Shown: positions 50,892-60,957 of the stretch, piece by piece
Layout of the letters: every line of letters starts with the position of its first letter
How positions within the stretch are numbered: the first letter of the stretch is position 1
Translations under genes and position numbers: made by a program
Notes under the pieces: model-generated
What the model saw: the letters and a program-made list of their open reading frames with translations, nothing else
Databases searched by the model: none
Told to the model about the DNA's origin: nothing
Origin: a virus
Virus record (IMG/VR): IMGVR_UViG_3300047550_002723
Coordinates: 10,982-74,981 of that record
Strand: one strand, 5' to 3'
Length of the DNA stretch: 64,000 bases

Positions 50892-53633
50892 ATGACTACC
50901 GCAGGTTCTAATTTTATTTCTGGTATTACTACAACAGTTTTTAATTCAACTGATGTAGTCAATAAAGACTATGTGGATGCGAATGTTCAACCACTACCAT
51001 CACAAACTGGTAATGCTGGTAAGTTTCTTACAACAACTGATGGAACAAATGTCTCTTGGGATTATGTTTCTAACTATCAGGAATTTACATCACCTGGAGA
51101 ACAGACTTTTAATGTTCCAAGTTATTCTAATCTTTTGTTTATTGAAGCAGTTGGTGCTGGTGGTGGTGGAAGTGCAGGGCAGAGTAATGCGACTTCTAAT
51201 CAAGGTGTGACCTGGACTTTAAGAACTTCTGGAGCAAATCAACAAACTTATGGTCTTGTGTATTCTGGACAATTTTATGTTGGTCCTAGTGGTGGAGGAA
51301 GAATAATAGCATCTACAGACACTATTACGTGGAGTTTAAGAACTGCTGGATTTACCTCTATTTTATATAAAATTACTTATGGTACATCTCCAACAGGTAC
51401 TTATCTAGTTGGTGGTGTTAGTGGAGCATTAAATACTTCAACAGATACAATCACTTGGGAATTGAGAACTTCTGGAACTAGTAATACTATACAATATGTT
51501 TATTATGTGAACAATATTTATTTTGCTGGTGGAAATTCTGGAACATTACTCACTTCAACAAATGCAATTCAATGGACTTTAAGAACTTCTGGTCATGGTA
51601 GTGCTAATCTTTATGATTCTATCTATGATGGAGTAAATTATTATATTGTTGGATCTGGTGGATTTTTGAGCACTTCGACAGACACAATTTCTTGGACTTT
51701 AAGAACTTCTGGCGCTGATGGGCAATTGTGGACAATTACTTATGCATCAGGAAATACTCAGGCATATGTTATTGGTGGTGATAGTGGAAAATTAAATACT
51801 TCAACAAATGGAATTGAATGGACTTTGAGAACTGCTGGTGTTGGTTCTAATAGGGTTGAATCTGTCATTTATGCAAACAATACATATTTAATTGTTGGTG
51901 ATATTGGAATTTTAAACACTTCAACCAATGCAATTCAATGGACTTTAAGAACTTCTAATACTTTTCAAAATCTTTATCATATTATTTACGAAAACAACAC
52001 TTATGTTTTTAGTGGTAATAGTGGTATTATTGCAACTTCCTATTCACAATCATCAGGACGAGGAGGTTCATCAGGTTCCTATACTTCCTGGTATATTCCT
52101 AAAGCAATAGTATCATCAAACCTCACAATCAATCCTGGTGTTGGTGGAGCAGGAGCAACCACAGACGCAGCAACAGGTTCGGCAGGAGCAGGAACGACAG
52201 TATCCTGGACTGGACCTGGAGGAACTTATACAATCACAGCATCTGGTGGTACTGGAACAGCAGCAGGAGAAGCACAACTCGCAAGTCAATCAAGTTCTTT
52301 TTATACCACTGCTGGACTTACTGGAGCAAGTCAGTCTCTAGGGATAGGTCTCACAGCAACAGCACAAACTAATCAATTCCAACCAACAGGTGGTGGAAGT
52401 GGTGGTTCCAGTAACTTCGGTGATGGTTCTACAGCAGCAGGTGGTTCTGGAGGTGCAATAAGTGTTTATGGAATTTCGACATCAGCATCTGGTGGAACTA
52501 CTAGTGGAACAAATGGTGTAATTGGTATTGCTTACACTGGACTTCCTTATGGTTCTGGTGGAGGTGGTGGAGGTGCAAAATCAGAAAGTCCATATTGGAA
52601 TCTAAGAACTTCTGGTATTACTTCTAATCTTAATAGTATTAGTGGAGTAAATTTATATGATGATATTGGAGGATATAATTATTATGGTTTAATGACTGCT
52701 GGTGATTCTGGAGTGTTATCTACTTCAACGGATGGTCTTAATTGGACTTTAAGAACTTCTAGTTTTGGTGCTACTGCGATTAGAGCATCTTTATTAACTT
52801 TTTCACTTGGTCAAAAAAGTCTTATTGTTGGGGATGGTGGAAATCTACGAACAACCACAAATGGTATTCAATGGTCTACCTATTCTTCAGGAACAGCAAA
52901 TGCACTTTATGCAATTGGTCCTGGGCAAGGTAGTGATGATGGAACATGGACCATTGGAGGTGCTAGTGGTTATTTGGCATCATCACTATTTTTAGACCTT
53001 ACAATTTGGATTTCAAGAACTTCTGGATTTGGTTCTAATGCAATTTATGCAATTAATTTTGCTGCTCAAGATCCGTTTGCTGGTCCCATAAGTCGTTCAG
53101 CAGCAGGAGCAAATGGAACCTATGCTTATTCGACAGATTCAATTGTATGGACTTTAAGAACCACTGCGTTTGGTACTTCTGCGATTAGAGGACTTGGTAA
53201 TAATGGATTCACTGCTGTTGGTGATGATGGAAAAATAGCAACTACTACAGATTCAATTGTTTGGACTTTGAGAACTTCTGGAACAACTTCTCAACTTAAT
53301 TCTATATCATCAGGAACAGATCCTTACATTGTTGGTGGTATTAATGGAATAACATTAACTTCAACTGATGGAATTATTTGGATCTCAAGAGGTTCAAATA
53401 CAACGAACAATATTAATTCAGTATATTATGGAGTTCAAGTTGATTATAATACTTATTATGCTGGAAATAGTGGAACTATAGGTATTTTAAAGAATCCTCT
53501 TCCTGTTGGTGCTGTTGGTACTGGTGGCACCGGTGCTCGTGGTGGTGGTGGAGGTGGTGGTGCGACCAATGGAACTTCATTTGGTTCTGGTGGTAATGGT
53601 GGTGATGGTTATGTCAAGATTACCTGGTGGTAA
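50892..53633 (+). CDS. Glycine-rich adhesin-like paralogue with two 7-repeat propellers
   Basis: DVVNKDYVD motif, 14 repeats, ends GGDGYVKITWW. Confidence 0.75.
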   Translation: MTTAGSNFISGITTTVFNSTDVVNKDYVDANVQPLPSQTGNAGKFLTTTDGTNVSWDYVSNYQEFTSPGEQTFNVPSYSNLLFIEAVGAGGGGSAGQSNATSNQGVTWTLRTSGANQQTYGLVYSGQFYVGPSGGGRIIASTDTITWSLRTAGFTSILYKITYGTSPTGTYLVGGVSGALNTSTDTITWELRTSGTSNTIQYVYYVNNIYFAGGNSGTLLTSTNAIQWTLRTSGHGSANLYDSIYDGVNYYIVGSGGFLSTSTDTISWTLRTSGADGQLWTITYASGNTQAYVIGGDSGKLNTSTNGIEWTLRTAGVGSNRVESVIYANNTYLIVGDIGILNTSTNAIQWTLRTSNTFQNLYHIIYENNTYVFSGNSGIIATSYSQSSGRGGSSGSYTSWYIPKAIVSSNLTINPGVGGAGATTDAATGSAGAGTTVSWTGPGGTYTITASGGTGTAAGEAQLASQSSSFYTTAGLTGASQSLGIGLTATAQTNQFQPTGGGSGGSSNFGDGSTAAGGSGGAISVYGISTSASGGTTSGTNGVIGIAYTGLPYGSGGGGGGAKSESPYWNLRTSGITSNLNSISGVNLYDDIGGYNYYGLMTAGDSGVLSTSTDGLNWTLRTSSFGATAIRASLLTFSLGQKSLIVGDGGNLRTTTNGIQWSTYSSGTANALYAIGPGQGSDDGTWTIGGASGYLASSLFLDLTIWISRTSGFGSNAIYAINFAAQDPFAGPISRSAAGANGTYAYSTDSIVWTLRTTAFGTSAIRGLGNNGFTAVGDDGKIATTTDSIVWTLRTSGTTSQLNSISSGTDPYIVGGINGITLTSTDGIIWISRGSNTTNNINSVYYGVQVDYNTYYAGNSGTIGILKNPLPVGAVGTGGTGARGGGGGGGATNGTSFGSGGNGGDGYVKITWW

Positions 53634-53662
53634 ATAAATACCCTTATGGAAGATAGAAGACA

Positions 53663-56600
53663 ATGGCAACATTAGACAGCAATAAGGTTACTGATGTTAG
53701 TTTAGTATCTGGTACGACTGATGCTGTAAGTCGTCAATATCTTGATGATCTTATTCCAAGTACAACTGGAAATGCTGGAAGATTTTTAGCAGTTTATCCT
53801 GGTGCTCAGTATTGGGTGCAGAGAACTTCTGGTACTGCTAATAGTATTAATGCTCTTGTGTATGCATCAGGTCAAACAAATCCATATATTGTTGCTGGTG
53901 CTTCTGGGGTTCTTAATACTTCAACAGATGCAATTGCTTGGACTTTAAGAACTTCTGGTGATACTACTAATACTATTAATGCTCTTGTTTATGCATCAGG
54001 ACAAACAGAACCTTATATTGTTGCACGTGCTTTGGGGAGACTTAATACCTCAACAGACGCAATTACTTGGACTTTAAGAACTTCTGGAGCAGGATCAGTT
54101 GGACTTAATGCTCTTGTTTATTCAACTTTTTATGTTGTTGCTGGTGATGGTGGAGTTTTAATAACCTCAACAAATGCAATTCAATGGACTGCAAGAACCT
54201 CTGGCACTGGTGCTAGCATTGCATTTAATGAAATTTTATATAATAATTCTATTTACTTAATTGTAGGAAGTAGTGGGGGAGCAATTACATCAACAGACGC
54301 AATTACTTGGACTTTAAGAACTTCTAGTTTTGGTAGTAATTCTATTACTGCTCTTACTTTCGCAAATAGTCTTTATATTGCTGGTGGTGCTAGTGGAGTT
54401 TTGAATACCTCAACAGACACAATTATTTGGACTTTAAGAACTTCTAGTTTTGGTACTAATAATATTAGTGCTCTCACTTATGCAAACAATACTTATGTTG
54501 CTGGTGGTGTTGGTGGAAGATTAAATACCTCAACAGATGCAATTACTTGGACTTCAAGAACTTCTGGTACTGTTAATCAAATTTCCACTCTTACTTATGG
54601 AAATAATATTTATGTTTTTTCAACTGGAGCAGCAATTTCAACCTCCCAAGCAACTAAAAAAATCTGGGAACCACTAAACTCTTCAACAACCGAAGTAACC
54701 GATCCAGTATCATACAAAGGTTCACAAGAATTCACAGCAACAGGAGCACAAACCTTTTATATTCCTCCAACAGCAACTCAGTTTTATATTGAAGCAATCG
54801 GTGGTGGTGGAGGAGGAGCATCGGGACGATATACAGCAGGAATATTAGGTTCTGGTGGTGGGGGTGGTTCTGGTGCTTATAATTCTTGGTTAATTCGTCG
54901 TGGAGAACTTGGAAATGCTTCTACGATGTCTGTAACTATAGGTGCAGGTGGTCGTGGTGGAAACAATCGTGGAATGAGCACCAGTACTGATGGAATTGTA
55001 TGGGAGACTGTTCCTGGTGGTTCTAAGTTTGGTACTAATGATATTAATGCTCTTACTTATAGTGGAGGTCTTTATGTTGCCGGTGGTGCATCTTCAGCAT
55101 TAAGCACCTCTCCTGATGGTGCTAGTTGGACTTCAAGAACTTCTGGTTTTGGTTCTGATCCTATAAATGCTCTTACTTATTCGTCATTTTATGTTATTAG
55201 TGGTGGAAGAGGAAGATTAAATACCTCAACAGATGCTATTAATTGGACTTTAAGAACTTCTGGAGTTGGCACTACTACCATAAGTGCTCTTACTTTTGGA
55301 AACAATATTTATGTCTTTGGGTGTAATCTTTCCTCTGGATCTCCAGCAATAAATACCTCAACAGATGCTATTAATTGGACTTTAAGAACTTCTGGTTTTG
55401 GTTCTAATAGTATTAGTACTCTTACTTATGGAAACAATATTTATATTTCTGGGACAAGTACTGGTGGTCCATTTTTAAGATCATCAACCGATACGATTGT
55501 GTGGGTAGCAAGAACTTCTGGACTTAGTGCTGGTGCAGTGGGACATCTAAATTTTTTAAATACTATTTACTTTTTACTTTCTACATCTGGAGACTTAGCA
55601 ACTTCAACAGATACAATCACTTGGGAATTGAGAACTTCTGGTAGAACTACTTCCAAATCTCTTACTTATGCAAACAACCTCTACATAGCGGCAGGTCCCT
55701 CTGGAGTTCTTGCATCATCTACAGACGCAATCACCTGGACTCAAAGAACCTCACCGTTTAAGGCACAAAACATCAACGCACTCACATACGGAACCGTCTT
55801 TGTTGCTGGTGGTGCAAGTTCTGGTGCTGGTGCTGCTGGAGGTTCTACAACGGTCACTTGGACTGGAAACACTCCAACAGGCACTGCGACTTATACATTA
55901 ACTTCTGCTGCTGGTGGTGGTGCAAGTGATACAGCAGTCACAGCAGGAACTGCAGGTGCCGCAGCATCAGTGCTTCTTAATCCTCTTTATACTACTGCAG
56001 GTCTTGCTGGTGGTACGGGATTATCAGCAGCAGGAACTTCAAACTCTTCTACACAAGCAAACTCACAACAAGTATCTGGTGGTGGCAGTGGGGCATATGG
56101 TTCATTTGAGGGAGGAAGTGGAATTACTTATTATTATGGAAATACTTATACAAATGGTGGAAGTGCATCAGGTGGTAATGGTGCTGATGGAATTTCTGGT
56201 TCTTATACTGGAAACATTGGAGGTGGTGGAGGTGGTGGTGGTGCTTTGAGCACTGGAATTAATAGTTGGTATGCGAGAACTTCTGGTTTTGCTACGAATG
56301 CTGTTTTTGGTCTCACTTTTGGAAACAATACTTATGTCGCTGGTGCTAATTCCGGAAGATTAGCAACCTCAACAAACGCAATCACCTGGGAATTAAGAAC
56401 TGCTGGATTTGCCACTACTGATATTTGGTCTGTCATTTATTCAACATTTTATGTTGCTAGTGGTAGTAATGGAATATTAAACACTTCAACAGATGCAATT
56501 ACCTGGACTTTAAGAACTTCTGGTGCTGGTAGTCAAATTCGTGCTCTCACTTTTGGAAACAATACTTATGTTATGGTTGGTCTTTCTAGCATATTTAGAA

Positions 56601-57232
56601 CATCAACAGATGCAATCACTTGGTCAGTGAGAACTGTTCTTGGTGAGAATAATAATTATTCAGTGACTTTTGGAAACAATATTTATGTTGCTGGTGGTGG
56701 TATATCCACTGGACAAATAAATACATCAACAGATGCAATCATTTGGACTTTAAGAACCGCATCCTTTGGTTCTAGTATTATCAATGCCGTTGCTTTTGGA
56801 AACAATACTTATGTTGCTAACGGTCAAAGTGGAAAATTAAACACTTCAACAGACGCAATTCATTGGACTTTAAGAACTTCTGGGTTTGGTTCTAATGCGG
56901 GTATTTCTCTTACTTTTGCAGACAATATTTATGTTGCTGGTGGTATTAATGGAGTCATAAGCATCTCTACAGATGCAATTACTTGGACTGCAAGAACTAC
57001 TAATACTAATTTTAGTTTTAATGCTCTCACTTATGGAAATAATACTTATGTTGCTGGTGGTGATTCAGGAACTATAAGAACAGCAGAAACCACCACAACA
57101 TCAGTAGCAGGACACGGAGGTGCTGGAACTAGAGGTGGTGGAGGTGGTGGAGGTGGATATTCCATAGAACAAAATAGATTTGGTGTTGGTGGTGATGGTG
57201 GTAATGGATATGTTAAAATTACATGGTGGTAA
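53663..57232 (+). CDS. Glycine-rich adhesin-like paralogue with three 7-repeat propellers
   Basis: 21 repeats, ends GGNGYVKITWW. Confidence 0.75.
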   Translation: MATLDSNKVTDVSLVSGTTDAVSRQYLDDLIPSTTGNAGRFLAVYPGAQYWVQRTSGTANSINALVYASGQTNPYIVAGASGVLNTSTDAIAWTLRTSGDTTNTINALVYASGQTEPYIVARALGRLNTSTDAITWTLRTSGAGSVGLNALVYSTFYVVAGDGGVLITSTNAIQWTARTSGTGASIAFNEILYNNSIYLIVGSSGGAITSTDAITWTLRTSSFGSNSITALTFANSLYIAGGASGVLNTSTDTIIWTLRTSSFGTNNISALTYANNTYVAGGVGGRLNTSTDAITWTSRTSGTVNQISTLTYGNNIYVFSTGAAISTSQATKKIWEPLNSSTTEVTDPVSYKGSQEFTATGAQTFYIPPTATQFYIEAIGGGGGGASGRYTAGILGSGGGGGSGAYNSWLIRRGELGNASTMSVTIGAGGRGGNNRGMSTSTDGIVWETVPGGSKFGTNDINALTYSGGLYVAGGASSALSTSPDGASWTSRTSGFGSDPINALTYSSFYVISGGRGRLNTSTDAINWTLRTSGVGTTTISALTFGNNIYVFGCNLSSGSPAINTSTDAINWTLRTSGFGSNSISTLTYGNNIYISGTSTGGPFLRSSTDTIVWVARTSGLSAGAVGHLNFLNTIYFLLSTSGDLATSTDTITWELRTSGRTTSKSLTYANNLYIAAGPSGVLASSTDAITWTQRTSPFKAQNINALTYGTVFVAGGASSGAGAAGGSTTVTWTGNTPTGTATYTLTSAAGGGASDTAVTAGTAGAAASVLLNPLYTTAGLAGGTGLSAAGTSNSSTQANSQQVSGGGSGAYGSFEGGSGITYYYGNTYTNGGSASGGNGADGISGSYTGNIGGGGGGGGALSTGINSWYARTSGFATNAVFGLTFGNNTYVAGANSGRLATSTNAITWELRTAGFATTDIWSVIYSTFYVASGSNGILNTSTDAITWTLRTSGAGSQIRALTFGNNTYVMVGLSSIFRTSTDAITWSVRTVLGENNNYSVTFGNNIYVAGGGISTGQINTSTDAIIWTLRTASFGSSIINAVAFGNNTYVANGQSGKLNTSTDAIHWTLRTSGFGSNAGISLTFADNIYVAGGINGVISISTDAITWTARTTNTNFSFNALTYGNNTYVAGGDSGTIRTAETTTTSVAGHGGAGTRGGGGGGGGYSIEQNRFGVGGDGGNGYVKITWW

Positions 57233-57277
57233 AACTTGCCTAGATATGATAGAATGAATTCAATATGACTTTATTGT

Positions 57278-57997
57278 ATGCCCCTGAATTATACAAATAA
57301 ATCAAGTACAGACTTAAAAGGAAAAACAATTGCTTTCTGTCTTCCAGGATTGATGTATTCTGGAACCTTTATGACGCAGTTTGTAAGACTGCTCTTTGAC
57401 CTCAATCAACAAGGAATTAATTTTTATATCTCCCAACAATACAGTTCAATGGTGAATCACGCACGAACTGATTGTTTGCAGGCAGATAATTATGCTGGAA
57501 CAATGCTGACTCCTTTCAGGGGTCAGGTTCCTTATGATTATATTATGTGGATTGATAGCGATATCATCTTTAAAACGGAAGACCTGATTGAACTCCTTAA
57601 GATGAATAAGGATATTGCTGCTGGTTGGTATGTTCAGTCCAATGGTGGTGTTCTTTCTAATCAATCTACAGTAGTAGAACACTCAAGCAATCAACAACTT
57701 TATGAAAAAGGTTCAAACAAGTATGAGACTGTTGAAGATATGTCTCGCAGAACAGAACCTTTTAAAGTAGATTATTGTGGGTTTGGTTGGATTCTAATTA
57801 AGAAAGGTGTCTATGAAAAGATTCCTTATCCTTGGTTTGTTCCCCGTGTAATACAACTCCAAAAACCAGATGGAACAATTCTAGAAGATGTCTGCTCTGA
57901 AGACATCTCAATGTGTGAAGACTTTAGAAAGTATGGTTTTGATATTTGGGTTAATCCAAAAGTTCGTGTCGGTCACCAGAAAATGATTACGATTTAA
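57278..57997 (+). CDS. GT-A fold glycosyltransferase-like protein
   Basis: MWIDSDI (DxD), GFGWILIK, SEDISMC, VGHQK. Confidence 0.7.
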   Translation: MPLNYTNKSSTDLKGKTIAFCLPGLMYSGTFMTQFVRLLFDLNQQGINFYISQQYSSMVNHARTDCLQADNYAGTMLTPFRGQVPYDYIMWIDSDIIFKTEDLIELLKMNKDIAAGWYVQSNGGVLSNQSTVVEHSSNQQLYEKGSNKYETVEDMSRRTEPFKVDYCGFGWILIKKGVYEKIPYPWFVPRVIQLQKPDGTILEDVCSEDISMCEDFRKYGFDIWVNPKVRVGHQKMITI

Positions 57998-58001
57998 AGA
58001 T

Positions 58002-58694
58002 ATGTTAAATTATTCCAATTCACAGCAACAATCTAAACCACACTTTAATGTGGTGATTACGACTCCAGGTAATTTAATGTGTGCGGACTATGTAAAGTGC
58101 CTGCTCGCAACGATTCATACGTTAGAAGCAAATAATATTTCCTGGATTTATCAGAATGAGTATGCTTCTATTATTACAAACGCAAGAGAAGCAACAATTA
58201 CTGGGTCAAGAAGTCTAGAAGTTTTCAATTCTGCACCAGGTAAAGGTCAATATACTTATGATAAAATCTTCTGTATTGATAGCGATATTGTCTGGAATCC
58301 AGAGCAGTTTCTAAGACTTTATGCAAGTGATAAATCGGTCATTTCTGCTGTGTATTTTGAAGCACAAGGAACTGATGCAATGATACACAAAAACAAAAAT
58401 GACTTCAAACCAACAACCAGAGAAGAACTTCAACTTCTTCAACAACTAGGAGAACCCATTGAAGTTTATGGTGTTGGTTTAGGGTTTATGTGTATTCAAT
58501 CTGGTGTGTTTGAGTCACTTAAAAGACCCTGGTTTGGTCTTGGAAAGGTTCTACAAGAGGTGGATGGAGTAACGTATGAACTTCCACTGGGAGAAGACTT
58601 ATACTTCTGTGAGAGGGTAGCAGAGCAGGGTCATAAGGTATATGTAGATCCTAATATTATTGTTGGACATGTTAAGAGTAATATTGTATGTTGA
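58002..58694 (+). CDS. GT-A fold glycosyltransferase-like paralogue
   Basis: CIDSDI, GLGFMCI, GEDLYFC, VGHVK. Confidence 0.7.
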   Translation: MLNYSNSQQQSKPHFNVVITTPGNLMCADYVKCLLATIHTLEANNISWIYQNEYASIITNAREATITGSRSLEVFNSAPGKGQYTYDKIFCIDSDIVWNPEQFLRLYASDKSVISAVYFEAQGTDAMIHKNKNDFKPTTREELQLLQQLGEPIEVYGVGLGFMCIQSGVFESLKRPWFGLGKVLQEVDGVTYELPLGEDLYFCERVAEQGHKVYVDPNIIVGHVKSNIVC

Positions 58695-60115
58695 ATTATA
58701 GTAATCAGAAAAAATTAGAAAAAACTATCGCAGTTTTCTATCATCTTTATATTCCAGACACCAACAATATGTGGATTTGGTGGGTAGATGAACAGATGAG
58801 TCTGCTGAAAAAAGTTGGTCTTGCTGATAAAGCAACCATCAATATGTGTATCACCTTGCCTCTTGGACTTTATAATTCCAAGACAGGACACTCATATGAC
58901 CAAATGGTGACTGGATATATCAAAGATCGATTTCCATTTGTGAATATTGTTGATATGAGAGGAGTAGGTGAACAACCTAATCTTTATGAGGGGCAGACTC
59001 TTGCGAAGATTTATGAGCACTGCCTTGAAAATGATGGTTATGTCTTTTACTTCCATAACAAAGGAATGAGTTCTTATTCAACTCATATCCCTGGTGCGAT
59101 TAAGGACTGGAGACATTATATGCAGTATTATAATGTTGAAAAGTGGGAAGATTGTATCGAAAAACTTGATGAGGGTTATGATTGCTGTGGTGTTGATTGG
59201 GTAGAAAGACACGATATTAAACTTGATTTTGTTGTTCAACACTATGCTGGAAACTTCTGGTGGGCACGAAATGATTACATCCGCAAACTGAAACATCCAC
59301 TCAAGATTGAAGAGTATATGGATGTGGAAGCAATGATGAGAGAACTACAAAACTATCGTTATTGCTTTGAACTTTGGATGGCAACTGGGATTCCAAAGCA
59401 ACATTGTTTCCACTATAGAAGACATCACCAATATGATAATCAGGGTCTGGAAAGATACTTCACTTATTATCCACCAGAAATGTATCGGGATGATGTTGAG
59501 AAAGATGAAATGACTTATGCAAAAAACAAGTTAGATATTCTAATGGAAGTTGGAAGTCAAAACAACTTCAACTGGAGAGACCATAGACTCTTTGCCGATT
59601 GGTTAGTTCGTAGAATTCAACCAGAAACAGTTGTTGATTTAGGTGTTGATTATGCTTACTCAACATTCTGTTTCGCAACTCCTCAAATTGGACACATTTA
59701 CGGAATTGATAGTTTTGAGGGAGATTCATTTGCTGGTATAAGAAATACCTATGATTATGTTTTAGAAAAACAAAAAGAACTAGAATTGAATAATATTACT
59801 TTCATCAAGGGATACTTTGATGATGTAGTTAAAACTTGGAATACACCTATTGATATTCTCCATATTGATGGACTTCATACTTATGAGGCAGTCAAGAATG
59901 ACTTTGAGAAATGGTCTCCACTTGTGAAAGAAAATGGTATAATTCTGTTTCATGATACAATGGTAAATAATCCAGAGTTTGGAGTTAATAGATTCTTTAA
60001 TGAGATTAATCTACCAAAAACGAACTTCAAACATTGTAATGGTTTAGGTGTTGTATCAAAAGATATTCATATTATCAATGAAATTAATAAAAACTTTGAG
60101 GAGTATATTAAATGA
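58688..60115 (+). CDS. Glycan-modifying fusion: unknown N-domain plus class I SAM methyltransferase
   Basis: YFHNKG, HYAGNFWWA; VVDLGV, DILHIDGLHTYEAVKNDF, LFHD. Confidence 0.7.
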   Translation: MLNYSNQKKLEKTIAVFYHLYIPDTNNMWIWWVDEQMSLLKKVGLADKATINMCITLPLGLYNSKTGHSYDQMVTGYIKDRFPFVNIVDMRGVGEQPNLYEGQTLAKIYEHCLENDGYVFYFHNKGMSSYSTHIPGAIKDWRHYMQYYNVEKWEDCIEKLDEGYDCCGVDWVERHDIKLDFVVQHYAGNFWWARNDYIRKLKHPLKIEEYMDVEAMMRELQNYRYCFELWMATGIPKQHCFHYRRHHQYDNQGLERYFTYYPPEMYRDDVEKDEMTYAKNKLDILMEVGSQNNFNWRDHRLFADWLVRRIQPETVVDLGVDYAYSTFCFATPQIGHIYGIDSFEGDSFAGIRNTYDYVLEKQKELELNNITFIKGYFDDVVKTWNTPIDILHIDGLHTYEAVKNDFEKWSPLVKENGIILFHDTMVNNPEFGVNRFFNEINLPKTNFKHCNGLGVVSKDIHIINEINKNFEEYIK

Positions 60116-60957
60116 AGTTTAATCTGGTAAGGATTGTTCCTGATAATGGATTTGATGTTCATGCACAAGTCTTTCACGAAATTGAAGCAGCAGTATTCTT
60201 TTCCCTACAACGATTGGGTTATGATGTAACTAATAGTGTAAATGATTTTGCATCAGACCGAAGAAACATCGTGTTTGGAATGCATCATTGTCCTGTGGAT
60301 GTAGTGAGGCACGATATTCCAAAGGGAACAATTGTTTATTCCTTGGAGCAAATGAAAGACAAACCAGAGTGTATGCGTTGGTGTCGTAAGTATCGTGGTC
60401 TTGAAGTATGGGATTATTCTGTGCGAAACATTGAAGTCTTACGAAAGGCAGGAGTAGAAAATATCAAACACTTCAAGATTGGATATGTCCCAGAGATTTC
60501 ATATTTTGAAAGAAATAAACCTGAAGATAGGGACATTGATATTCTTGCTTATATGTCTCCATCACCACGAAGAGATCATATTATGAAACAATTTGCCGAC
60601 AACAAAAAGATTAATTTTGTTGCGGTTCAATCAACTTATGGTGATACGAGAGATGAATTGATTAAAAGAGCAAAGTTGGTTATCAATCTTCATAATCACG
60701 ATAATCAAATTTTTGAAATGGTAAGGGTCACTCATTTGATTCAAAACAAAGTTCCTGTTCTTTCAGAGAGAAATCCAGATACAGATTTCCCAGATTATAT
60801 GGAAGGAACTGTATTCACTTCAACTTATAATCGTTTTGTAGATACTGCTTATAAACTTCTTAAGAAACCAGAAGAACTTGATGCTCAGGCAGAAAAGGGT
60901 CTAGAAATATTCAAACAATCACCAATGGAAAACTTCTTAAAGGAGGTTATTGAATGA
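60112..60957 (+). CDS. Putative GT-B type glycosyltransferase
   Basis: DIDIL, RAKLVINLH, FEMVR, VLSE. Confidence 0.55.
   Translation: MKFNLVRIVPDNGFDVHAQVFHEIEAAVFFSLQRLGYDVTNSVNDFASDRRNIVFGMHHCPVDVVRHDIPKGTIVYSLEQMKDKPECMRWCRKYRGLEVWDYSVRNIEVLRKAGVENIKHFKIGYVPEISYFERNKPEDRDIDILAYMSPSPRRDHIMKQFADNKKINFVAVQSTYGDTRDELIKRAKLVINLHNHDNQIFEMVRVTHLIQNKVPVLSERNPDTDFPDYMEGTVFTSTYNRFVDTAYKLLKKPEELDAQAEKGLEIFKQSPMENFLKEVIE

Noticed and set aside
48500-57010. Regularly spaced TGGACTTTAAGAACTTCTGG repeats as a CRISPR array
   Set aside because: They are in-frame coding repeats with ~120-nt period and similar intervening sequence; no cas genes or leader
30368-57232. Diversity-generating retroelement or invertase shufflon acting on fibres
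   Set aside because: No reverse transcriptase or recombinase in the window, no template/variable pair differing only at adenines noticed, and all cassettes are co-oriented
48187-57232. Repeat proteins as Ycf48/HCF136 photosystem assembly factors
   Set aside because: Only a generic Asp-box-like repeat is shared; the glycine-rich scaffold, fibre-like N-termini and tail-gene context indicate virion adhesins
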